DNA from: the human T2T-CHM13v2.0 reference genome, Homo sapiens
Length of the DNA: 64,000 nt
Strand: one strand, 5' to 3'
Assembly (NCBI RefSeq): GCF_009914755.1
Contig: NC_060946.1
Part shown: positions 25,001 to 40,000 of the stretch, piece by piece
Position numbering within the stretch: position 1 is the first letter of the stretch
Layout of the letters: every line of letters starts with the position of its first letter
Position numbers and translations under genes: made by a program
The notes under the pieces: model-generated
Databases searched by the model: none
Seen by the model: only the letters and a program-made list of their open reading frames with translations
What the model was told of the DNA's origin: nothing

Positions 25001-28000
25001 GCACATGCTACAAAAAGAGTGCTTCAAAGCTGCTCTTTGAAAGGGAATGTTCAACTCTATGAGTTGAATGTAAACATCACAAAGACGTTTCTGAGAATGC
25101 TTCTGTCTAGATTTGATATGAAGATATTCCCGTTTCCAACGAAATCTTCAAATCTATCCAAATGTCCACTTGCAGATTCAACAAAAAGTGTTTTTCAAAA
25201 CTGCTGTATCAAAAGAAAGATCCACGTCTGTTAGCTGAGTTCACACATCACAAACAAGTTTATGAGAATGCTTCTGTCTAGTTTTTATTTGAAGATATTT
25301 CCTTTCTCACCATAGACCTGAAAGCTGTCCTAATGTTCACTTCCAGATACTACAGAAAGAGTGTTTCAAAACTGCTGTACGAAAGGGAATGTTCAACTCT
25401 GTGACTTGAATGCACACATCACAAAGAAGTTTCTGAGGATGCTGCTGTCTACTTTTTATACGTAATCCCGTTTCCAACGAAATCCTCCAAGCTATCCAAA
25501 TATCCACTTGCAGATTCCACAGAAAGACTGTTTCAAAACTGCTCTGTCAATAGAAAGGTTCAACTCTGTTAGCTGCGTGCATATATCCCAAAGAACATTT
25601 TGAGATTGCTTCTGTCTAGTTTTTATGGGAAGATATTTCCCTTTTCACCGTAGGTGTCAAGGGTCTCCAAATGTCCACTTCCAGATACTACAAAAAGAGT
25701 GTTTCAAACCTACTCTGTGAAAGGGAATATTCAACTCTGTGACTTTAATGCACATATCACAAAGAAGTTTCTGAGAATGCTTCTGTCGAGATTTTATATG
25801 AAGATATTCCCGTTTCCAAAGAAATCCTGAAATCTATCCAAATATCCCCTCGCAGATTCTACAAAAAGAGTGTTTCAAAACTGCTCTGTAAAAAGAAAGG
25901 TTCAACTCTGTTAGTTGAGTACACACATCACAAACAAGTTTCACAGAATGCTTCTTTCTAGCTTGTAGGGGAAGATATTCCCTTTATCACCATGGGCCTC
26001 CAACCGTCCGAAACGTCCACTTCCATATACTACAAAAAGAGCGTTTCAAACCTGCTCTAGGAAAGGCAATGTTCAACTCTGTGACTTGAATGCAGACATC
26101 ACAGAGCAGTTTCTGAGAATGCTTCTGTCTAGATTTTATAGGAAGATATTCCCGTTTCTAACGAAATCTTCACAGCTATCCAAATATCCACTTGCAGATT
26201 CTACAAAAAGAGTGTATCAAAACTGCTCTGTCAAAAGGAAGGTTCTTCTCTGTTAGGTGAGTGCATACGTCATAAAGGAGTTTCTGAGAATGTTTCTGTC
26301 TAGTGGTTATGGGAAGATATTTGCTTTTTCACCATAGGCCTCAGAGCGCTCCAAATATCCACTTGCACATACTACAAAAAGAGTGCCTCAAAGCTGCTCT
26401 TTGAAACGGAATGTTCAACTCTATGAGTTGAATGCAAACATCACAAAGACGTTTCTGAGAATGCTTCTGTCTAGATTTGATATGAAGATATTCCCGTTTC
26501 CAACGAAATCTTCAAATCTATCCAAATGTCCACTTGCAGATTCAACAAAAAGTGTTTTTCAGAACTGCTCTATCAAAAGAAAGATCCACCTCTGTTAGCT
26601 GAGTTCACACATCACAAACAAGTTTATGAGAATGCTTCTGTCTAGTTTTTATTTGAAGATATTTCCTTTCTCACCATAGACCTGAAAGCTGTCCTAATGT
26701 TCACTTCCAGATACTACAGAAAGAGTGTTTCAAAACTGCTGTACGAAAGGGAAAGTTCAACTCTGTGACTTGAATGCACACATCACAAAGAAGTTTCTGA
26801 GGATGCTGCTGTCTACTTTTTATACGTAATCCCGTTTCCAACGAAATCCTCCAAGCTATCCAAATATCCACTTGCAGATTCCACAGAAAGACTGTTTCAA
26901 AACTGCTCTGTCAATAGAAAGGTTCAACTCTGTTAGCTGCGTGCATATATCCCAAAGAAGATTCTGAGATTGCTTCTGTCTAGTTTTTATGGGAAGATAT
27001 TTCCCTTTTCACCGTAGGCGTCAAGGCGCTCCAAATGTCCACTTCCAGATACTACAAAAAGAGTGTTTCAAACCTACGCTGTGAAAGGGAATATTCAACT
27101 CTGTGACTTGAATGCACATATCACAAAGAAGTTTCTGAGAATGCTTCTGTCGAGATTTTATATGAAGATATTCCCGTTTCCAACGAAATCCTGAAATCTA
27201 TCCAAATATCCCCTCGCAGATTCTACAAAAAGAGTGTTTCAAAACTGTTCTGTAAAAAGAAAGGTTCAACTCTGTTAGTTGAGTACACACATCACAAACA
27301 AGTATCACAGAATGCTTCTTTCTAGCTTGTAGGGAAAGATATTCCCTTTATCACAATGGGCCTCAAACCGTCCGAAACGTCCACTTCCATATACTTCAAA
27401 AAGAGCGTTTCAAAACTGCTCTATGAAAGGCAATGTTCAACTCTGTGACTTGAATGCAGACATCACAGAGCTGTTTCTGAGAATGCTTCTCTCTAGATTT
27501 TATAGGATGATATTCCCGTTTCCAACGAAATCTTCACAGCTATCCAAATATCCACTTGCAGATTCTACAAAAAGAGTGTATCAAAACTGCTCTGTCAAAA
27601 GGAAGGTTCTTCTCTGTTAGGTGAGTGCATACGTCATAAAGGAGTTTCTGAGAATGTTTCTGTCTAGTGGTTATGGGAAGATATTTGCTTTTTCACCGTA
27701 GGCCTCAGAGCGCTCCAAATATCCACTTCCACATACAACAAAAAGAGTGCCTCAAAGCTGCTCTCTGAAATGGAATGTTCAACTCTATGAGTTGAATGCA
27801 AACATCACAAAGACGTTTCTGAGAATGCTTCTGTCTAGATTTGATATGAAGATATTCCCGTTTCCAACGAAATCTTCAAATCTATCCAAATGTCCACTTG
27901 CAGATTCAACAAAAAGTGTTTTTCAGAACTGCTCTATCAAAAGAAAGATCCACCTCTGTTAGCTGAGTTCACACATCCAAACAAGTTTATGAGAATGCTT

Positions 28001-31000
28001 CTGTCTAGTTTTTATTTGAAGATATTTCCATTCTCACCATAGACCGGAAAGCTGTCCTAATGTTCACTTCCAGATACCACAGAAAGAGTGTTTAAAAACT
28101 GCTGTACGAAAGGGAATGTTCAACTCTGTGACTTGAATGCACACATCACAAAGAAGTTTCTGAGGATGCTGCTGTCTACTTTTTATACGTAATCCCGTTT
28201 CCAACGAAATCCTCCAAGCTATCCAAATATCCACTTGCAGATTCCACAGAAAGACTGTTTCAAAACTGCTCTGTCAATAGAAAGGTTCAACTCTGTTAGC
28301 TGCGTGCATATATCCCAAAGAAGATTCTGAGATTGCTTCTGTCTAGTTTTTACGGGAAGATATTCCCCTTTTCACCGTAGGTGTCAAGGCGCTCCAAATG
28401 TCCACTTCCAGATACTACAAAAAGAGTGTTTCAAACCTACTCTGTGAAAGGGAATATTCAACTCTGTGACTTTAATGCACATATCACAAAGAAGTTTCTG
28501 AGAATGCTTCTGTCGAGATTTTATATGAAGATATTCCCGTTTCCAACGAAATCCTGAAATCTATCCAAATATCCCCTCGCAGATTCTACAAAAAGAGTGT
28601 TTCAAAACTGCTCTGTAAAAAGAAAGGTTCAACTCTGTTAGTTGAGTACACACATCACAAACAAGTTTCACAGAATGCTTCTTTCTAGCTTGTAGGGGAA
28701 GATATTCCCTTTATCACCATGGGCCTCCAACCGTCCGAAACGTCCACTTCCATATACTACAAAAAGAGCGTTTCAAACCTGCTCTATGAAAGGCAATGTT
28801 CAACTCTGTGACTTGAATGCAGACATCACAGAGCAGTTTCTGAGAATGCTTCTGTCTAGATTTTATAGGAAGATATTCCCGTTTCCAACGAAATCTTCAC
28901 AGCTATCCAAATATCCACTTGCAGATTCTACAAAAAGAGTGTATCAAAACTGCTCTGTCAAAAGGAAGGTTCTTCTCTGTTAGCTGAGTGCATACGTCAT
29001 AAAGGAGTTTCTGAGAATGTTTCTGTCTAGTGGTTATGGGAAGATATTTGCTTTTTCACCGTAGGCCTCAGAGCGCTCCAAATATCCACTTGCACATACT
29101 ACAAAAAGAGTGCCTCAAAGCTGCTCTTTGAAACGGAATGTTCAACTCTATGAGTTGAATGCAAACATCACAAAGACGTTTCTGAGAATGCTTCTGTCTA
29201 GATTTGATATGAAGATATTCCCGTTTCCAACGAAATCTTCAAATCTATCCAAATGTCCACTTGCAGATTCAACAAAAAGTGTTTTTCAGAACTGCTCTAT
29301 CAAAAGAAAGATCCACCTCTGTTAGCTGAGTTCACACATCACAAACAAGTTTATGAGAATGCTTCTGTCTAGTTTTTATTTGAAGATATTTCCTTTCTCA
29401 CCATAGACCTGAAAGCTGTCCTAATGTTCACTTCCAGATACTACAGAAAGAGTGTTTCAAAACTGCTGTATGAAAGGGAATGTTCAACTCTGTGACTTGA
29501 ATGCACACATCACAAAGAAGTTTCTGAGGATGCTGCTGTCTACTTTTTATATGTAATCCCGTGTCCAACGAAATCCTCCAAGCTATCCAAATATCCACTT
29601 GCAGATTCCACAGAAAGACTGTTTCAAAACTGCTCTGTCAATAGAAAGGTTCAACTCTGTTAGCTGCGTGCATATATCCCAAAGAAGATTCTGAGATTGC
29701 TTCTGTCTAGTTTTTATGGGAAGATATTTCCCTTTTCACCGTAGGCATCAAGGCGCTCCAAATGTCCACTTCCAGATACTACAAAAAGAGTGTTTCAAAC
29801 CTACTCTGTGAAAGGGAATATTCAACTCTGTGACTTGAATGCACATATCACAAAGAAGTTTCTGATAATGCTTCTGCCGAGATTTTATATGAAGATATTC
29901 CCGTTTCCAACGAAATCCTGAAATCTATCCAAATATCCCCTCGCAGATTCTACAAAAAGAGTGTTTCAAAACTGCTCTGTAAAAAGAAAGGTTCAACTCT
30001 GTTAGTTGAGTACACACATCACAAACAAGTTTCACAGAATGCTTCTTTCTAGCTTGTAGGGGAAGATATTCCCTTTATCACCATGGGCCTCCAACCGTCC
30101 GAAACATCCACTTCCATATACTACAAAAAGAGCGTTTCAAACCTGCTCTATGAAAGGCAATGTTCAACTCTGTGACTTGAATGCAGACATCACAGAGCAG
30201 TTTCTGAGAATGCTTCTGTCTAGATTTTATAGGAAGATATTCCCGTTTCCAACGAAATCTTCACAGCTATCCAAATATCCACTTGCAGATTCTACAAAAA
30301 GAGTGTATCAAAACTGCTCTGTCAAAAGGAAGGTTCTTCTCTGTTAGGTGAGTGCATACGTCATAAAGGAGTTTCTGAGAATGTTTCTGTCTAGTGGTTA
30401 TGGGAAGATATTTGCTTTTTCACCGTAGGCCTCAGAGCGCTCCAAATATCCACTTGCACATACTACAAAAAGAGTGCCTCAAAGCTGCTCTCTGAAACGG
30501 AATGTTCAACTCTATGAGTTGAATGCAAACATCACAAAGACGTTTCTGAGAATGCTTCTGTCTAGATTTGATATGAAGGTATTCCCGTTTCCAACGAAAT
30601 CTTCAAATCTATCCAAATGTCCACTTGCAGATTCAACAAAAAGTGTTTTTCAGAACTGCTCTATCAAAAGAAAGATCCACCTCTGTTAGCTGAGTTCACA
30701 CATCACAAACAAGTTTATGAGAATGCTTCTGTCTAGTTTTTATTTGAAGATATTTCCTTTCTCACCATAGACCTGAAAGCTGTCCTAATGTTCACTTCCA
30801 GATACTACAGAAAGAGTGTTTCAAAACTGCTGTACGAAAGGGAATGTTCAACTCTGTGACTTGAATGCACACATCACAAAGAAGTTTCTGAGGATGCTGC
30901 TGTCTACTTTTTATACGTAATCCCGTTTCCAACGAAATCCTCCAAGCTATCCAAATATCCACTTGCAGATTCCACAGAAAGACTGTTTCAAAACTGCTCT

Positions 31001-34000
31001 GTCAATAGAAAGGTTCAACTCTGTTAGCTGCGTGCATATATCCCAAAGAAGATTCTGAGATTGCTTCTGTCTAGTTTTTATGGGAAGATATTTCCCTTTT
31101 CACCGTAGGCGTCAAGGCGCTCCAAATGTCCACTTCCAGATACTACAAAAAGAGTGTTTCAAACCTACTCTGTGAAAGGGAATATTCAACTCTGTGACTT
31201 GAATGCACATATCACAAAGAAGTTTCTGAGAATGCTTCTGTCGAGATTTTATATGAAGATATTCCCGTTTCCAACGAAATCCTGAAATCTATCCAAATAT
31301 CCCCTCGCAGATTCTACAAAAAGAGTGTTTCAAAACTGCTCTGTAAAAAGAAAGGTTCAACTCTGTTACTTGAGTACACACATCACAAACAAGTTTCACA
31401 GAATGCTTCTTTCTAGCTTGTAGGGGAAGATATTCCCTTTATCACCATGGTCTTCAAACCGTCCGAAACGTCCACTTCCATATACTACAAAAAGAGTGTT
31501 TCAAACCTGCTCTATGAAAGGCAATGTTCAACTCTGTGACTTGAATGCAGACATCACAGAGCAGTTTCTGAGAATGCTTCTGTCTAGATTTTATAGGAAG
31601 ATATTCCCGTTTCCAACGAAATCTTCACAGCTATCCAAATATCCACTTGCAGATTCTACAAAAAGAGTGTATCAAAACTGCTCTGTCAAAAGGAAGGTTC
31701 TTCTCTGTTAGGTGAGTGCATACGTCATAAAGGAGTTTCTGAGAATGTTTCTGTCTAGTGGTTATGGGAAGATATTTGCTTTTTCCCCGTAGGCCTAAGA
31801 GCGCTCCAAATGTCCACTTGCACATGCTACAAAAAGAGTGCTTCAAAGCTGCTCTCTGAAAGGGAATGTTCAACTCTATGAGTTGAATGTAAACATCACA
31901 AAGACGTTTCTGAGAATGCTTCTGTATAGATTTGATATGAAGATATTCCCGTTTCCAACGAAATCTTCAAATCTATCCAAATGTCCACTTGCAGATTCAA
32001 CAAAAAGTGTTTTTCAAAACTGCTGTATCAAAAGAAAGATCCACGTCTGTTAGCTGAGTTCACACATCACAAACAAGTTTATGAGAATGCTTCTGTCTAG
32101 TTTTTATTTGAAGATATTTCCTTTCTCACCATAGACCTGAAAGCTGTCCTAATGTTCACTTCCAGATACTACAGAAAGAGTGTTTCAAAACTGCTGTACG
32201 AAAGGGAATGTTCAACTCTGTGACTTGAATGCACACATCACAAAGAAGTTTCTGAGGATGCTGCTGTCTACTTTTTATACGTAATCCCGTTTCCAACGAA
32301 ATCCTCCAAGCTATCCAAATATCCACTTGCAGATTCCACAGAAAGACTGTTTCAAAACAGCTCTGTCAATAGAAAGGTTCAACTCTGTTAGCTGCGTGCA
32401 TATATCCCAAAGAAGATTTTGAGATTGCTTCTGTCTAGTTTTTATGGGAAGATATTTCCCTTTTCACCGTAGGTGTCAAGGCTCTCCAAATGTCCACTTC
32501 CAGATACTACAAAAAGAGTGTTTCAAACCTACTCTGTGAAAGGGAATATTCAACTCTGTGACTTTAATGCACATATCACAAAGAAGTTTCTGAGAATGCT
32601 TCTGTCGAGATTTTATATGAAGATATTCCCGTTTCCAAAGAAATCCTGAAATCTATCCAAATATCCCCTCGCAGATTCTACAAAAAGAGTGTTTCAAAAC
32701 TGCTCTGTAAAAAGAAAGGTTCAACTCTGTTAGTTGAGTACACACATCACAAACAAGTTTCACAGAATGCTTCTTTCTAGCTTGTAGGGGAAGATATTCC
32801 CTTTATCACCATGGGCCTCCAACCGTCCGAAACGTCCACTTCCATATACTACAAAAAGAGCGTTTCAAACCTGCTCTAGGAAAGGCAATGTTCAACTCTG
32901 TGACTTGAATGCAGACATCACAGAGCAGTTTCTGAGAATGCTTCTGTCTAGATTTTATAGGAAGATATTCCCGTTTCCAACGAAATCTTCACAGCTATCC
33001 AAATATCCACTTGCAGATTCTACAAAAAGAGTGTATCAAAACTGCTCTGTCAAAAGGAAGGTTCTTCTCTGTTAGGTGAGTGCATACGTCATAAAGGAGT
33101 TTCTGAGAATGTTTCTGTCTAGTGGTTATGGGAAGATATTTGCTTTTTCACCATAGGCCTCAGAGCGCTCCAAATATCCACTTGCACATACTACAAAAAG
33201 AGTGCCTCAAAGCTGCTCTTTGAAACGGAATGTTCAACTCTATGAGTTGAATGCAAACATCACAAAGACGTTTCTGAGAATGCTTCTGTCTAGATTTGAT
33301 ATGAAGATATTCCCGTTTCCAACGAAATCTTCAAATCTATCCAAATGTCCACTTGCAGATTCAACAAAAAGTGTTTTTCAGAACTGCTCTATCAAAAGAA
33401 AGATCCACCTCTGTTAGCTGAGTTCACACATCACAAACAAGTTTATGAGAATGCTTCTGTCTAGTTTTTATTTGAAGATATTTCCTTTCTCACCATAGAC
33501 CTGAAAGCTGTCCTAATGTTCACTTCCAGATACTACAGAAAGAGTGTTTCAAAACTGCTGTACAAAAGGGAATGTTCAACTCTGTGACTTGAATGCACAT
33601 ATCACAAAGAAGTTTCTGAGGATGCTGCTGTCTACTTTTTATACGTAATCCCGTTTCCAACGAAATCCTCCAAGCTATCCAAATATCCACTTGCAGATTC
33701 CACAGAAAGACTGTTTCAAAACTGCTCTGTCAATAGAAAGGTTCAACTCTGTTAGCTGCGTGCATATATCCCAAAGAAGATTCTGAGATTGCTTCTGTCT
33801 AGTTTTTATGGGAAGATATTTCCCTTTTCACCGTAGGCGTCAGGGCGCTCCAAATGTCCACTTCCAGATACTACAAAAAGAGTGTTTCAAACCTACTCTG
33901 TGAAAGGGAATATTCAACTCTGTGACTTGAATGCACATATCACAAAGAAGTTTCTGAGAATGCTTCTGTCGAGATTTTATATGAAGATATTCCCGTTTCC

Positions 34001-37000
34001 AACGAAATCCTGAAATCTATCCAAATATCCCCTCGCAGATTCTACAAAAAGAGTGTTTCAAAACTGTTCTGTAAAAAGAAAGGTTCAACTCTGTTAGTTG
34101 AGTACACACATCACAAACAAGTATCACAGAATGCTTCTTTCTAGCTTGTAGGGAAAGATATTCCCTTTATCACAATGGGCCTCAAACCGTCCGAAACGTC
34201 CACTTCCATATACTTCAAAAAGAGCGTTTCAAAACTGCTCTATGAAAGGCAATGTTCAACTCTGTGACTTGAATGCAGACATCACAGAGCAGTTTCTGAG
34301 AATGCTTCTGTCTAGATTTTATAGGATGATATTCCCGTTTCCAACGAAATCTTCACAGCTATCCAAATATCCACTTGCAGATTCTACAAAAAGAGTGTAT
34401 CCAAACTGCTCTGGCAAAAGGAAGGTTCTTCTCTGTTAGGTGAGTGCATACGTCATAAAGGAGTTTCTGAGAATGTTTCTGTCTAGTGGTTATGGGAAGA
34501 TATTTGCTTTTTCACCGTAGGCCTCAGAGCGCTCCAAATATCCACTTGCACATACTACAAAAAGAGTGCCTCAAAGCTGCTCTCTGAAATGGAATGTTCA
34601 ACTCTATGAGTTGAATGCAAACATCACAAAGACGTTTCTGAGAATGCTTCTGTCTAGATTTGATATGAAGATATTCCCGTTTCCAACGAAATCTTCAAAT
34701 CTATCCAAATGTCCACTTGCAGATTCAACAAAAAGTGTTTTTCAGAACTGCTCTATCAAAAGAAAGATCCACCTCTGTTACCTGAGTTCACACATCCAAA
34801 CAAGTTTATGAGAATGCTTCTGTCTAGTTTTTATTTGAAGATATTTCCTTTCTCACCATAGACCTGAAAGCTGTCCTAATGTTCACTTCCAGATACCACA
34901 GAAAGAGTGTTTAAAAACTGCTGTACGAAAGGGAATGTTCAACTCTGTGACTTGAATGCACACATCACAAAGAAGTTTCTGAGGATGCTGCTGTCTACTT
35001 TTTATACGTAATCCCGTTTCCAACGAAATCCTCCAAGCTATCCAAATATCCACTTGCAGATTCCACAGAAAGACTGTTTCAAAACTGCTCTGTCAATAGA
35101 AAGGTTCAACTCTGTTAGCTGCGTGCATATATCCCAAAGAAGATTCTGAGATTGCTTCTGTCTAGTTTTTATGGGAAGATATTCCCCTTTTCACCGTAGG
35201 TGTCAAGGCGCTCCAAATGTCCACTTCCAGATACTACAAAAAGAGTGTTTGAAACCTACTCTGTGAAAGGGAATATTCAACTCTGTGACTTTAATGCACA
35301 TATCACAAAGAAGTTTCTGAGAATGCTTCTGTCGAGATTTTATATGAAGATATTCCCGTTTCCAAAGAAATCCTGAAATCTATCCAAATATCCCCTCGCA
35401 GATTCTACAAAAAGAGTGTTTCAAAACTGCTCTGTAAAAAGAAAGGTTCAACTCTGTTAGTTGAGTACACACATCACAAACAAGTTTCACAGAATGCTTC
35501 TTTCTAGCTTGTAGGGGAAGATATTCCCTTTATCACCATGGGCCTCCAACCGTCCGAAACGTCCACTTCCATATACTACAAAAAGAGCGTTTCAAACCTG
35601 CTCTATGAAAGGCAATGTTCAACTCTGTGACTTGAATGCAGACATCACAGAGCAGTTTCTGAGAATGCTTCTGTCTAGATTTTATAGGAAGATATTCCCG
35701 TTTCCAACGAAATCTTCACAGCTATCCAAATATCCACTTGCAGATTCTACAAAAAGAGTGTATCAAAACTACTCTGTCAAAAGGAAGGTTCTTCTCTGTT
35801 AGGTGAGTGCATACGTCATAAAGGAGTTTCTGAGAATGTTTCTGTCTAGTGGTTATGGGAAGATATTTGCTTTTTCACCGTAGGCCTCAGAGCGCTCCAA
35901 ATATCCACTTGCACATACTACAAAAAGAGTGCCTCAAAGCTGCTCTTTGAAACGGAATGTTCAACTCTATGAGTTGAATGCAAACATCACAAAGACGTTT
36001 CTGAGAATGCTTCTGTCTAGATTTGATATGAAGATATTCCCGTTTCCAACGAAATCTTCAAATCTATCCAAATGTCCACTTGCAGATTCAACAAAAAGTG
36101 TTTTTCAGAACTGCTCTATCAAAAGAAAGATCCACCTCTGTTAGCTGAGTTCACACATCACAAACAAGTTTATGAGAATGCTTCTGTCTAGTTTTTATTT
36201 GAAGATATTTCCTTTCTCACCATAGACCTGAAAGCTGTCCTAATGTTCACTTCCAGATACTACAGAAAGAGTGTTTCAAAACTGCTGTACGAAAGGGAAT
36301 GTTCAACTCTGTGACTTGAATGCACACATCACAAAGAAGTTTCTGAGGATGCTGCTGTCTACTTTTTATATGTAATCCCGTTTCCAACGAAATCCTCCAA
36401 GCTATCCAAATATCCACTTGCAGATTCCACAGAAAGACTGTTTCAAAACTGCTCTGTCAATAGAAAGGTTCAACTCTGTTAGCTGCGTGCATATATCCCA
36501 AAGAAGATTCTGAGATTGCTTCTGTCTAGTTTTTATGGGAAGATATTTCCCTTTTCACCGTAGGCGTCAAGGCCCTCCAAATGTCCACTTCCAGATACTA
36601 CAAAAAGAGTGTTTCAAACCTACTCTGTGAAAGGGAATATTCAACTCTGTGACTTGAATGCACATATCACAAAGAAGTTTCTGAGAATGCTTCTGTCGAG
36701 ATTTTATATGAAGATATTCCCGTTTCCAACGAAATCCTGAAATCTATCCAAATATCCCCTCGCAGATTCTACAAAAAGAGTGTTTCAAAACTGCTCTGTA
36801 AAAAGAAAGGTTCAACTCTGTTAGTTGAGTACACACATCACAAACAAGTTTCACAGAATGCTTCTTTCTAGCTTGTAGGGGAAGATATTCCCTTTATCAC
36901 CATGGGCCTCCAACCGTCCGAAACATCCACTTCCATATACTACAAAAAGAGCGTTTCAAACCTGCTCTATGAAAGGCAATGTTCAACTCTGTGACTTGAA

Positions 37001-40000
37001 TGCAGACATCACAGAGCTGTTTCTGAGAATGCTTCTGTCTAGATTTTATAGGAAGATATTCCCGTTTCCAACGAAATCTTCACAGCTATCCAAATATCCA
37101 CTTGCAGATTCTACAAAAAGAGTGTATCAAAACTGCTCTGTCAAAAGGAAGGTTCTTCTCTGTTAGGTGAGTGCATACGTCATAAAGGAGTTTCTGAGAA
37201 TGTTTCTGTCTAGTGGTTATGGGAAGATATTTGCTTTTTCACCGTAGGCCTCAGAGCGCTCCAAATATCCACTTGCACATACTACAAAAAGAGTGCCTCA
37301 AAGCTGCTCTCTGAAACGGAATGTTCAACTCTATGAGTTGAATGCAAACATCACAAAGACGTTTCTGAGAATGCTTCTGTCTAGATTTGATATGAAGATA
37401 TTCCCGTTTCCAACGAAATCTTCAAATCTATCCAAATGTCCACTTGCAGATTCAACAAAAAGTGTTTTTCAGAACTGCTCTATCAAAAGAAAGATCCACC
37501 TCTGTTAGCTGAGTTCACACATCACAAACAAGTTTATGAGAATGCTTCTGTCTAGTTTTTATTTGAAGATATTTCCTTTCTCACCATAGACCTGAAAGCT
37601 GTCCTAATGTTCACTTCCAGATACTACAGAAAGAGTGTTTCAAAACTGCTGTACGAAAGGGAATGTTCAACTCTGTGACTTGAATGCACACATCACAAAG
37701 AAGTTTCTGAGGATGCTGCTGTCTACTTTTTATAAGTAATCCCGTTTCCAACGAAATCCTCCAAGCTATCCAAATATCCACTTGCAGATTCCACAGAAAG
37801 ACTGTTTCAAAACTGCTCTGTCAATAGAAAGGTTCAACTCTGTTAGCTGCGTGCATATATCCCAAAGAAGATTCTGAGATTGCTTCTGTCTAGTTTTTAC
37901 GGGAAGATATTCCCCTTTTCACCGTAGGTGTCAAGGCGCTCCAAATGTCCACTTCGAGATACTACAAAAAGAGTGTTTCAAACCTACTCTGTGAAAGGGA
38001 ATATTCAACTCTGTGACTTGAATGCACATATCACAAAGAAGTTTCTGAGAATGCTTCTGTCGAGATTTTGTATGAAGATATTCCCGTTTCCAAAGAAATC
38101 CTGAAATCTATCCAAATATCCCCTCGCAGATTCTACAAAAAGAGTGTTTCAAAACTGCTCCGTAAAAAGAAAGGTTCAACTCTGTTAGTTGAGTACACAC
38201 ATCACAAACAAGTTTCACAGAATGCTTCTTTCTAGCTTGTAGGGGAAGATATTCCCTTTATCACCATGGGCCTCCAACCGTCCGAAACGTCCACTTCCAT
38301 ATACTACAAAAAGAGCGTTTCAAACCTGCTCTATGAAAGGCAATGTTCAACTCTGTGACTTGAATGCAGACATCACAGAGCAGTTTCTGAGAATGCTTCT
38401 GTCTAGATTTTATAGGAAGATATTCCCGTTTCCAACGAAATCTTCACAGCTATCCAAATATCCACTTGCAGATTCTACAAAAAGAGTGTATCAAAACTGC
38501 TCTGTCAAAAGGAAGGTTCTTCTCTGTTAGGTGAGTGCATACGTCATAAAGGAGTTTCTGAGAATGTTTCTGTCTAGTGGTTATGGGAAGATATTTGCTT
38601 TTTCACCGTAGGCCTCAGAGCGCTCCAAATATCCACTTGCACATACTACAAAAAGAGTGCCTCAAAGCTGCTCTTTGAAACGGAATGTTCAACTCTATGA
38701 GTTGAATGCAAACATCACAAAGACGTTTCTGAGAATGCTTCTGTCTAGATTTGATATGAAGATATTCCCGTTTCCAACGAAATCTTCAAATCTATCCAAA
38801 TGTCCACTTGCAGATTCAATAAAAAGTGTTTTTCAGAACTGCTCTATCAAAAGAAGGATCCACCTCTGTTAGCTGAGTTCACACATCACAAACAAGTTTA
38901 TGAGAATGCTTCTGTCTAGTTTTTATTTGAAGATATTTCCTTTCTCACCATAGACCTGAAAGCTGTCCTAATGTTCACTTCCAGATACTACAGAAAGAGT
39001 GTTTCAAAACTGCTGTATGAAAGGGAATGTTCAACTCTGTGACTTGAATGCACACATCACAAAGAAGTTTCTGAGGATGCTGCTGTCTACTTTTTATATG
39101 TAATCCCGTTTCCAACGAAATCCTCCAAGCTATCCAAATATCCACTTGCAGATTCCACAGAAAGACTGTTTCAAAACTGCTCTGTCAATAGAAAGGTTCA
39201 ACTCTGTTAGCTGCGTGCATATATCCCAAAGAAGATTCTGAGATTGCTTCTGTCTAGTTTTTATGGGAAGATATTTCCCTTTTCACCGTAGGCGTCAAGG
39301 CGCTCCAAATGTCCACTTCCAGATACTACAAAAAGAGTGTTTCAAACCTACTCTGTGAAAGGGAATATTCAACTCTGTGACTTGAATGCACATATCACAA
39401 AGAAGTTTCTGATAATGCTTCTGTCGAGATTTTATATGAAGATATTCCCGTTTCCAACGAAATCCTGAAATCTATCCAAATATCCCCTCGCAGATTCTAC
39501 AAAAAGAGTGTTTCAAAACTGCTCTGTAAAAAGAAAGGTTCAACTCTGTTAGTTGAGTACACACATCACAAACAAGTTTCACAGAATGCTTCTTTCTAGC
39601 TTGTAGGGGAAGATATTCCCTTTATCACCATGGGCCTCCAACCGTCCGAAACATCCACTTCCATATAGTACAAAAAGAGCGTTTCAAACCTGCTCTATGA
39701 AAGGCAATGTTCAACTCTGTGACTTGAATGCAGACATCACAGAGCTGTTTCTGAGAATGCTTCTGTCTAGATTTTATAGGATGATATTCCCGTTTCCAAC
39801 GAAATCTTCACAGCTATCCAAATATCCACTTGCAGATTCTACAAAAAGAGTGTATCCAAACTGCTCTGGCAAAAGGAAGGTTCTTCTCTGTTAGGTGAGT
39901 GCATACGTCATAAAGGAGTTTCTGAGAATGTTTCTGTCTAGTGGTTATGGGAAGATATTTGCTTTTTCACCGTAGGCCTCAGAGCGCTCCAAATATCCAC

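Noticed and set aside
31631-31873. The only minus-strand ORF, 80 aa
   Set aside because: It results from a private SNV (CCTAAGAG near 31797) that removes a stop codon in an L unit. It is not an inversion or a gene.
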